Assembly: GCA_002633005.1 (NCBI GenBank)
Contig: NMRA01000329.1
Location: 333,219 to 397,218 of the forward strand
DNA: 64,000 bases
From: Phoronis australis
Lineage: Eukaryota; Animalia; Phoronida
Direction of reading: 5' to 3'
Below the pieces are notes generated by a model, which had not been told where the DNA came from, searched no databases, and was given only the letters and a program-made list of their open reading frames with translations. Position 1 is the stretch's first letter; each line of letters begins with the position of its first letter. Of this stretch, positions 1 through 20,532 are shown in pieces. Position numbers and translations under genes: made by a program.

Positions 1-361
1 ATGAACAAAATTTACTTCATTTTTTAAAGAAAATGGAACCTGAGTGACGATGAAAAAACAGAAGCTGCTGGTAAGATGGGAATTTTAATCGAAGCCTTAG
101 TGAATCACTCAGAAATTCGCAATACTCTCTTTGTCAAACCTTATGTTAAGACGATTTCCAAAGCAATCCCGTCATTATTGCCAACACGAAAAACGGATTT
201 GGTCTTTTGGGCATTTGAAGACTATTTTAAATACGACAAATTTGTTAAGAATCGATGGCACAAAACGTGTAATAAGCATTACAAAAAGAAGTAGGTTTCG
301 CGCGCAAACGCTGTGGACCATAAACAAGTAGGTCTCTTAGTATGAGATTAGTAGTGAAATC

Positions 362-428
362 GTGGTGGTGTAGTGGTAACGCACGCGCGCTGTATGCGCA
401 AGGTCGTGAGTTCGAGTCTTTGATACTT
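362..428 (+). repeat. tRNA-derived (SINE-head / pseudo-tRNA) sequence
   Basis: A-box-like TGGTGTAGTGGT and B-box-like GAGTTCGAGTC at tRNA spacing, but no proper acceptor stem or anticodon loop. Confidence 0.4.
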
Positions 429-499
429 GCAGTTTTTCCTGTTTGACACGTTCTCCGTGTTTTTTTTTTGCCTTTTTTTCTTGGATAATACTTCAGGAA

Positions 500-689
500 T
501 CAAGGAAAATACTTGATTTTTAGATGTAAAAACAGAAAAATTTCCTGGGCGGGAGGGGGGCAAACCCCCCTCCCGACCTCCCTCCATTCGGTGCTATGCG
601 CATCTACAATCGTGGTTCAGTTTGCGCAAATGTTTACAGCCGGACAGAATGTTGGGCCCCCCCCTTGTGATATCCTAGATCCGCCACTG
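500..689. mobile_element. Right end of a CAGTGGCGGAT-terminus MITE
   Basis: Ends in TCCTAGATCCGCCACTG, the same terminus as the elements at 25833-25997 and 52543-52848, and has G/C runs. The left boundary is approximate. Confidence 0.55.
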
Positions 690-3184
690 ATATGCACATT
701 ATTGCAAATGACACACTGCTGCATTTCTAGGATACCGGAAATGTTGCAACGGATGTAAAGTTTATACTCAGACCCACCTTAACGAACTGTAAGCAAACTG
801 AAATACAAGTAATGACAGTGCTAGCCAAGACTAGACTAACAACCTTCGATAAAATGGACCCTACTAGTTTCTAGTCTATTATGTAACACCACTTCACAGT
901 GGTAGTGATCTTTCGTCATCTGTAGATAATTGCCAGTCATGTGAACGTTAAACAAGAAAACAGTTTGCTTCATAAACTGCACGTTATCCATTTTATGTTG
1001 TCATATTCATTATTTATCCATCACTCGCTCCCTCTATAAGGTCATGACGGTACAAAGTAGCAGGGAGTTGGGCATTTGACAGTAATTCAATAATTTACAG
1101 CATTAGAGTAAAATCTTGCGGGCAGCTAGGTAGAGGGATGCCGATAAAAGATTGTAATACAGATTACGTACTTAAGTTAGTCTTACTTTCATTTTACAGG
1201 CTCTTGATTTTCTCCAGAAAAGTGGTACACTGAACGGTCACAAGATGTCACTGCAGTTCACTCAGTATGCTCAATCTGGAAAGTGCACCTCCAGACAAGA
1301 CTCATCCGTTAGCTATGCATCTGCAGCTCTTACAATAATGTGATGCAAAACACCTCAACATGCGGCATGCGTATCAAGGTCCATGGAAGGACGAAAGAAA
1401 ATGTCATTTGTTGAAAGAAACCTATAGGACATGAGATCTTGCATCATGACAATTTGTGGTTTTATGAGCACGCATTCTAAATGGGGGTTACTGACTGTGG
1501 CTACTGACTGCGATGTGAACCTTCGACAAAGACTATTGTTGCTCAAAAAGTACGATATTACAATAGGATTTTTTTAATGAACTCATACCTTAGGGTACTA
1601 CTAGAGCCCCGATAGTTTAAAAGTCATGGTTTTTTTGTTGAGTGCATCATCAAATTTAGACTGGCGAAATGAGTAATGATCCAAGGCAATGCAGCTAGTT
1701 TCTCAAAAGCAGTTGGATGGATCGATTCATCGCATGAACATGAATCTTAGTTATCGGTAATAATCGTGTAGTAATGCTGTAAACATAAATAGAAAATAAA
1801 GATTAACTCTTTATTTTTTATCCTAGTTGAGTTTTTGCCTCAGAGGTTGAGCTTCTGTTTACCATTACTTAAAGACTACCTTCAACAGAATTTTGTTATT
1901 TTAGATGTATTGGGCTAACCAGATAGTACTAGCAAAGCCTTAGTAAAATAAGAAAACACGAGTTCAATCACACAAATGTAAGCCAGTCAAATGATAGGTG
2001 AAGTTGCCTTTTTGTGCCATGTTTCATTACTGTGAGATCCCAGCACAAAAAACAAGACATATAACAGTTGTATTGAATAGGGGTCTGAACAGAACACCCT
2101 TGCGTGCAGGTGTTATTCGCAGCTGTTTGAATGAAATGGCGATTCTTGCAGTGATGTAGACAAAAGCAAGCCAATACGCTCAACAGTTCGTTACATTTGG
2201 CAATTTATGGCACTAGTTGGCTCAGAGCGATGCTCTTAACACACTGTAGAAACCAAATTTACAGGCGTTACCACTGAGGATAGGCTTTAAAGGACTGCCA
2301 ACAAAGCAAATGAAATTACAATAACCAACAATACACTTTAAAGGAAACTAAGAACAACACCTGCGGCGGCACCTCTAAAACTAAAATCCAGCACTGATCT
2401 GCTAAGTCCCATTCCAGAATGAGAGACTGGAGTTAGGTCATAGGGTATTTAGCATTTTCAATGTGTGGAATTCAGAGGCATGGCTATGGAAGCTGTAACA
2501 CGTTTGGAATTTGCTGGTAGAGATTGGGGTTTGGGGATCACAGTTGCAATTAAGATGTGTGACCATAAAATTGTTTCCAATCCACAAATTACAGCATGAG
2601 AGGTATATGTGCACCTGATTTTTGCCTGGGGGACACGCATTCAGTCAAAATTGTCATGTTTGATGTTCAAAAATCAACCTTGCCAGAATAGGTAAGTAAA
2701 ACGTTTTATTTCATTAATTTGAACATTACAAACTACATACAAAATAAGATGCGAGTGATTATTTTCTGGACGTGAAACTAAGGGGTCGGGCTGTGCATAT
2801 TGGGACACATGAAATAGGGATGATTCAAGTGATATAATGCAGAGCTATAGTCCATTTTACAACAAAACCTCATGGAAACGTAACTATTTCATCTTCAACA
2901 TCAACCTTTTCTAAACTGGGAACTCCCCATGCCATAACACATATGAAAAAATTCACAACATGCATGTGTTCTGTTGACATGCCGTTTATCTAAGTCAACA
3001 ACAGCAATCACATTTTGTGGCCTCGTCTTCTTCCAGGTATATACAACAGACTGGTACCAGTTAAGTCTTGATAAATGTGCCGCCCTAGACTACGAGATGC
3101 AACTCCCACACTAGGTAACACCTGGAACCCTGTAGCTTGTCCCAATCGAAAAAGTGTAGCACAAAATGCAACCCCCTCAATGTT

Positions 3185-6100
3185 TTAATCTTCTTCGCAC
3201 TCATCCAGGACTTCAAAATCACTGCCCATCTCCATACTGATACCACTGGCACTGCTGGCACCGTCTGGAAAGCAAACGAGACATAAAAGTTCATGTAACA
3301 ATAAGAAACGAGACAACTGGTAATCAAAAGGAAGGACTATAGAACACTACAAGCCAATATGGGGGGGGGGCAATGACCAGACCTTTCAAAGAATGAATTG
3401 CCAAGTACCACGTTTGCACTGTTACCTTTGGGCAAAACCAGGTGAATTTGGAAATGAGCCTTAATTCAATGCTTTCAGTAACTGAAAATAGAGCAGTGGT
3501 GACAGCACCGTTATTTTCAAGCTAAGCAACTGGAGGGTTGTAAAATTTCCATGCTTATAATCATTCAAGGTAATTTCATGGACTAGTTAAGAGGATACTA
3601 ATCCCTCTTTAGGCGATCTCAACGAATTCTTATTATGTCCAATGTAAATGCATCATTGGCGTCTTACTCGAATGATACACATACTCTCTGTGTTGTAGAA
3701 TGGATATTACGGTTCTTGTTGGCTGGTCTTTCCCTAAAGTTGCTATGTAACTTGACTAAAGAACAGGTGACACTCGCTCGTTTAGCAGACTAAGATTTCA
3801 AAAGTTAATCCTAACTTATAAGGTTTACAGAGCATTTTGTTTTAATAAGAGAATCGGATGGGAAAGTTGTTATCTGTAAATAGGTCACAGAATCAAATGT
3901 TTTAAGTAACAATATCTAAATATAAATCAGATTTACTGAAAATGCAGCCTACAATTACCATCAACATCATCAAGACCACTGGCATTGCTTTTTGTTGATT
4001 GCTTAGCATCATTTGCCGATGTCCTCACAGGCAACTGAGGTGGCGGAACAGGGGTGTGTGATGGCTGAAGGTAAGATGGGTCGATTCCCAACAATTTCAT
4101 GTCCTCGTCTGTATCATCAATGTGGCCCAGACGTTTCTGTGCTGTTTGTGTCGGCAATGGGATTTCTGCTGCAGAACTGCTGGCTGGCTTCGGGACCGAT
4201 ACCGTGCTCGGGCAGGCCATACTTTCACCAAAAGCTGCAGCAATGGCGTTCTTGGGTATGTTGTTCTCTTTAAAAACGGGAAGAGCCTTGGTGGTGCTGG
4301 TAGTGGATGCACTTCCGATGGTAAGAAACATGTCTAGCGAATCGGGATCCTTTCGCCCATCAGAGCCTTGACGAGTCTCGTCTGATTCTATTTTGGCTGG
4401 CAGCAGATTTGCCTTGGTTTTGCGAAGAGCTGGTCCAACCACTGGCTTGGCAGTAGAAGCTGAAGACGTTGACGCCTGCACCTTACTTGACCCTTGACCC
4501 TTGCTATTCTGCATCGTAACCCAATTGGGGGTCGCAATTTTGCCACCAAGCTTGAACCCAAATTTAGGCTCCTCCTTCTTTATGACAGTTGCTTGAGTAG
4601 CAGCCTCTTCACGTTTGATCTTCATCTGAACCTCTTCTGGAAGGTAGAGAGTAGACTTTTTTGGAACGGGCTTTTTGATTGGTTCTTCTTCATCATCACT
4701 TGCTTCTATCCAGCGTGGTTTCTTGGCTGTTGCCACAGGCTTGGCCACTTCATCAGCTTTTCGTTTATCAGGCTCCCCCTCTTCCTTCTTGACAACAGAG
4801 ACACCTGCTGCCTTGTCCAAGTTGAACCGCTTCTCATAGAACGGGTTCTCTTCAAGATATTTCTGGACAAGAGTTAACAAAATGTCATGATTAAGCATAG
4901 CACATAACATAGACTACAAATTTCATATGACCTCATGCACTATCACCTGCCAACTCTTGTTTCCATTATGTTCACTGAATTTCACTTTGACAGTGTTCCC
5001 GAGTACGCATTTTTCAAGCATGATGCGATTAACGGCCACATTGATATAAACAAGACTGTAAAGTCAACACAACTTTTGCCATGATTTCAAACAGTGCTAA
5101 AGTCCCCCACTTTTTCCATAAACATCCGTCATATTCAAAGAACTTTCAAAATGACACATAAAATCCACCAACTTCATATAATTTATGGGGCGACAACCAT
5201 TTAGCAACAAATGGTACAGTAAAATGTCAAAAATTCCGTACAAAAATAATTGCCTAAGTTGATCTTTTTCTTTTTGAAAAGCCTTTAACATTGATTGAGA
5301 ATGTCCACAATCTCTCAAAAAATCTTCTGATGGTAGAAATGATATAGAACTTAAAAATGTTGAAGTATTACTTATGAAATAAATGACAAAACATTACCCT
5401 TGTCCACCATATTTAATCTTAAATTGGTGAAAATTAACTATTTGCAACACCTTTCTAAAATAAAAAGGTTTAAACAAACGGTTTCAACAAAGAAATAAAC
5501 AAGGGCAATGCAAAGCGTTGAAATACAGACATGGCCGCATTGCAAAGGTTGCTTCTATGGTTGAATATTAGTGTTGCATAATATATAAAATAAAAAGACT
5601 CTTCCCTAAGATGTATGAACAAACATGCAGACAGTGCACAGGTTTCACAGCCCTACCCTGTATTTCTCGTTGTGTTCACTACTCTTCAAATGCTGCTCCG
5701 CACACATCGGATCCCCAGAGAATGCCTGGCACAGGCGACAGTAAAATGCTTTCACCCCCATCATAAACTCCACACCTGAACAAAGCAAATAAGCAACGGA
5801 TTACAACATTCAAGGTCATTTCATTTCCTTTTCATGCCAGAATGCAACACCATTTCTATTATCTATTAGTCTACTTATATCATCTCTATACCAATTACAA
5901 CGACACAACATTTTGGTTGGCGATTCCTTTTAGCAATCGAAACATCGCGCCAATGTAAACAGGTTAGAGACTGGTGAAAATAGAGCAACGGATTTTAAAA
6001 AGATGCCAGAATGATGTTAAAACTCCTTGTCAAACAAGAATTCTAACCTAATAAACACAAAAAACATAACAAGTACAAAAAATATCAAACAAAAAGAATG

Positions 6101-9100
6101 AATTATCAATTAAAATGTTTCAATCAAAACTGAAAGTACTTTGTGAGCACAAACTGAACACAAGCATGTCTGCATGCAGTGACAACCACTCCTGCTAGAC
6201 AATAGCACTTCTCCATTGAACCATGTTATCTATTTTCTTACACAGCGACAAGTTTTTGTACAGCCAAATGCTTTGAGTTTTGGAAATGCTGCACAGCAAC
6301 AGATGTTCAAGAACATGCTGCAATTTGAAGAAAGTATATGAAAGAGATTGGTAGTCGTCTATTCACCTCTAATCGCAGCAACTGCCGTCTGTGCTTTCTT
6401 TTGTTTTTCTGGCACTTTCAGCTCCTCTGGCATCCAAGGTCTGTCATACTGATTAACATTCTAGAAAAAAATCACACCCGTCACAGTTTGCATATTTGTT
6501 TTTATTAGGATACAAATATGGTCCAAATCGGATATAAAAAGGAGGTAACAGACACATTGAAGCACAAATTAAGTTGTTCTACAAACCAACATACCATTTT
6601 GTGTTGTCTACTATGCAAATGATCAAATACGTCGTAAACGTTCGTCAAAACCATATTGCATTCTTTACACCAGTGATTTCCCGGGTCATAATATTCATAA
6701 CGAATGTTCCATTTGATAGTAATTCCGGACTTGTTGACTTCAGCTTTCTCCTTGGGCTGAAATCAGAATCGGATTGAATGTACACAAAGTGACACTCTGC
6801 AAGACAGTAGCCCAAAGTCTGAAAACTTAAGTTGGGAAACTTCAATCAAAACATTTCAGTATAACTTCGCTACGACAGAAAATTTAGGTAAATGTTTTTA
6901 TGTTATAAAAATGAAACACACAAAGAATATATGTAATAGAGTGAAATCATAAATCACCAAGATAACACTGAATAGCAGTCTCAGACACCAAACAAAGCTT
7001 CACTGATAAATCTCCATGGACATACTCTCTGGCATAACTAGACGGTGTTACATAACTTGTGTATACGTTACCTTTTTGTCTTCAGAACCATCTGACTCAT
7101 CCTTAGCACCAGGCTTTCTCAGTTGATTACCTCCACTTTTGCCTTTTGACTGCTTGTCACTTGAACTCTTTTCCACAGACCCATCTTTTGAACGCTTGTC
7201 CGAACGAGGTGACCAACCATCTCTTTTACCCAACTTAGTGTCTCGACCTCGCTCCTTGTCTCTACTCCCCCGTTCTCTACTCCTGCGATCATGGTGGGAA
7301 TGCCCTGGTGATCTTCTCTCGCGACTTCTCCGATGAACTTCATCAAGTCTTCCATCTCTAGAATGTGACAGGTCCTCCTTCTCTTTCAACTCAAAAGACC
7401 TGTCAGCCTCTGACCTCTTCAGCATCTTCTCATTGTCATCAGCTGCCTTCCGCAACACAGATATCTGCGCTGCGATCACGTCCTGCAGTTTGCTGTTCTC
7501 CATTAATAGTGGGTCCTTGTGACCTCCTTTTTCACGCTGCTTCTTGCGCATCAGCTCATTCTGCTGCTTTCTAAGACGTTCCATCTCGCTCTCCAGAACC
7601 TGAAGACGTTTCTTACGCTCAACCATCTCCTTTTGGAACCTGTTCCTCTCTTCCAGTGAAAGAACCGGTGGTGGCTGTTCAGCTCTTATAACTCTACGAG
7701 TTTCAGGCTCGCCTTCAGTCTTGGGAGCAATGACTGTTCTGTTGGTTTTCGGTTCCTCGACATCTCGACTTCTCGGTTGCAAAGAAGGCTGCTCACTCTC
7801 GTGCCAATCTTGAGTAAGGCCGAGTCTTTTCCAGACATCAGACTGGCCATCAGGTTGTCTTCTGACACCTGGGCTTCTAGACCGTGACCGTTTTCGATAA
7901 TCACGAGACGAAGACCTCTCTCGGTAAGACCTAGGAGACTCTCTGTCAAGCCGTGAACTAACCTCATCATGATGTCGCTCTTGCTGCTGTCTGTATCTTG
8001 AAGCAGGAGACAGCGACCGGTACCTATTTTCACTTGATCTGCCAATGTCTTCATCATAATTTGACCTTCTGTCAGACTGAATGTCATAACGAGACAAGGA
8101 GCCAGACCGTTGAAGACTATCAGGCTCAAAACCTGACCTACGTTGGTCAAATTGAGCCACACCTATCCTACTTCTTTCGTCACTGAAAGCTGCAAAATCT
8201 TGGCTGCTATCGCTGTGTCGTGCCTCATACCGATCATCCCTGAATCCTGAATTTCTTTCTTCTCGAAGAGCTGACTGAATGTCAACATTTGCCAGTCCAC
8301 CGCCAAGGAACGACGCGTTCATATTGATACCAAAATTCCCCAAATCTGTTGGACTTGGAGGTCTGGGTTTCTTTTTTTTAGCGTTCCGGAATCGTTCTTG
8401 CTCGTCCTGCTCTTGCTTTGCTCTTTCCTGCATTTTCCTCGACATCTCAAAATCGAATCCAATGGATTTCAAAATATTTGCAATCGTGGGGTCATTTGGC
8501 AGACCAGCTTCTTCCTCTTTCTTTGGCTCTGCTGGCACTTGATGGGCAGGCATTTCCTCAGGAGCTGGCTCATAAGTAAAAGACTTAGAACTAAAATTGT
8601 CAGATGTTGCAGAACCTTGAGACAAGGCAATTGGGAATAGCTGTGGTTGGGTTTTACTTACAGGGTGTATTGGTTGAGTAGTATCTTGAAATCTAGCAGA
8701 TCTTGAATCATTATTCTCTCCGTACAGAAATAAATCTTCATCTTCAACTGATTTAGACTGCTGTAACTGCCCAACACCAAGATCTCTGCCGAAACCTAAC
8801 CCAGCAATGCTAACATCTCCACCAAACCTTTGTTGAGTGATGGCAAGATCTCTAACAGAAGCTTGAATTGGATCTTTTCTTTCAGACTGCACAAATCCAA
8901 AGCTTGAAAATGGATCTTGGGACTTGACAAACTCAGATTGGATACTGCCAGAGGAAGCAATATTCTTTTCCGATGGTTTTTTCAGACAGGACTTCAGCGC
9001 AGGTTTCAAAGGTTTAGCATCAAGCCGGGGCTCGTAATTTCCACGCTGGTTGCTTTCCAAAATAGGAAATGTATGATTGGACATTTGCCCAATTTCTGGT

Positions 9101-10552
9101 TTGGTAGACTGAGTTGGGTTCGCAAGCGAGTTCAAAAGTGAGGCTTTCCCAAGCAGGGCATCAATAGCGCTTGATAGCGCAGCGCTTCTTGAAGGGCCAG
9201 TTTGACGCAATTTTTCTTCAGCTGATAAATCCTTCAGCCCCCAAGGATCTTTATCAGCCACTGGAGGACCTAGGCGCCTGCTGGCTGGGTCTCGCTGCTG
9301 GTCCAACATGAACTTTTCGTTTCCAACAGTTATACGAATTGACTCGGCCCTTGAGTTCTAAAATGGAAAAAATGTATGTTCACTACATAGAGACCCAGTA
9401 AGTGGTCTTTTTAATAACAGATTTCTAAAAATCTAGGATTCCCAATTGCAGTGAAGAAATGCCAAATGAACAGATGATTACATTATAATTTAGGTATGCT
9501 TTGAAACAACTGTGAAGGTATTACATTAAAAATTCCTTTGTTCGCAAAATCCTGAGCACAGCCAGCACATATTGAGCAGCACTAGTACTGGTGTCTGACT
9601 GCTACTGTCACTCACCTGGGTGGCGAGACAGGTCATCATCTCAACTAGTAGCAGAGACAGTGGCCATCCCATGGGCCCTCCATACGCCGAAGCTTTTCGT
9701 TGAACTTAGCCTCACACTGGTTAAACCATCAAAGTCATGTTATTATAAGTACTAATACCGTCCCAAAAAGTTTTATTACAGTAGTATTTCTTTGAGTTAA
9801 GCCTCTTTAAGTGTCCCTCTATGCGCAAAAGTAGTTATGGTATCATGACTTTGAAAATTTAACCAATGAGGCAAATTGCCGAAAAGCTTACGGCACATGG
9901 AGGGCCAATGGGATGGCACCGTCTCTACTGCTACTGTGCTAGTTGGTATGCTGGTACCACAGGCACTCCCATCGGCAGCTCGCAATTGTGTACTATAATA
10001 TATAGAAGTTCTACTTATTGTAGTATCACAACACCACCAGCTGATTAAAGTGCCTGTGGAGGTGGTATTGTCTACTGCCAGTACTGGACAGCATGTACTG
10101 AAAAATCACCTAGTCCAAGTTTCGAACCCGGTACCTCTTGCTTCAATACCAGGGGTCCTAAGCAGTCGAGCAAAGAGCAATCCCCCGTAGCCGAGTGATT
10201 AAGAGAGGCATAGTCTACAGCACTCACTACAGATACAGCATTATACAACGTAAATTCTGGATAGGCTGACAAGCTTACACGCCACGTTTTCGAGTTAGTA
10301 CAAAAACGTAACTACGGTGGCAAATCTTACCACTTGCGAACCATCTGACCGAATACTTTCCCCCCGTCTGCCAGAATCTGAACCTTCAAAATAGGGACGA
10401 TCGGTCGACCTGCCAAGTTCGAAATTTGTCGGACCTAAGCGGGGATCTGAATTAGGCACCGTAATGCGAAGGCCTTCGTTCCCGTGAAATTTCCCATCAT
10501 TAGGACCTCTTGGACGAGGCCTAAAATCGTTTCCTCTTCCCTTGAAATCCAT
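3185..10552 (-). CDS. ZNF318: Zinc finger protein 318-like (two matrin/U1-type C2H2 fingers, RS-rich and coiled-coil regions), 1288 aa; coding exons 10552-10331, 9357-7072, 6756-6595, 6460-6367, 5775-5657, 4862-3959, 3264-3185
   Basis: All junctions are GT-AG and phase-consistent (3867 nt in total). The translation contains ZNF318 hallmarks: EDEDLFLYG, NILKSIGFDF, RKQQNELMRKKQREKGGHKDPLL, YEYYDPGNHWCKECN..H..H, YDRPW, GVEF..AFYCRLC..FSGDP..EQHLKS..HNEKY, KYLEENPFYEKRFNLDK. Stop TAA at 3187-3185; AATAAA on minus at about 2710-2705. Confidence 0.9.
9640..9950. repeat. Imperfect fold-back (MITE-like palindrome) in a ZNF318-like intron
   Basis: GGCCATCCCATGGGCCCTCCATACGCCGAAGCTTTTCG (about 9662-9699) is the near reverse complement of CGAAAAGCTTACGGCACATGGAGGGCCAATGGGATGGC (about 9880-9917); pairing extends inward and outward. 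Confidence 0.65.
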
Positions 10553-10983
10553 CTAAAACATTAAAAAGATATAAATGAGTTCTTTAAGAATTTATTTGAA
10601 GAAAAGGACGGCTCACGATCAAGCGGCCATGATTACGTCTTTGCGCATGCTCATTGCTTAACGACGAAAGTGAAGTTGTTCATTGCTACCAAACTAAATC
10701 AAGTGTACACTAAAGTAACATTGCTCCAAAAAGAAACAAAGCGAAAAAATTGCTGTGTCGACTATGTATATTTGAACATTTGTCTATTATACCATTTCTT
10801 AGTAGAAGAAGTTTCACGACATCCGCTCTTCGCTCTTGAAAATCAGTAAACGCAAGTGAGCGGGAAATCGACAGCACAACTTGTTTGTCTCCAGTTTGTC
10901 CCAGGTCACTGATATCGGTAACGTCAAAGTGATCCCAAAGAAGTTACATCTTGTTTGCGAATACATCTAATATCGTCGAAATT
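10553..10983. promoter_or_regulatory. Bidirectional promoter between ZNF318-like and DHFR, with E2F site (GCGGGAAA 10860-10867) and NRF1-like site (TGCGCATGCTCA 10642-10653)
   Basis: The two start codons point away from each other about 430 bp apart. CpG is locally more frequent. Exact E2F consensus TTTCCCGC on the minus strand; 11/12 match to NRF1 TGCGCATGCGCA. Confidence 0.65.

Positions 10984-20532
<9,549 letters not shown>

Noticed and set aside
362-428. Functional tRNA gene
   Set aside because: A and B boxes are present but the acceptor stem and anticodon loop do not form properly.
4013-9141. Plus-strand and alternate-frame ORFs overlapping ZNF318-like exons
   Set aside because: Shadow ORFs of long coding exons, with no independent features.
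10110-10205. tRNA-like A/B box fragments on both strands
   Set aside because: Too decayed for a cloverleaf; probably SINE debris.
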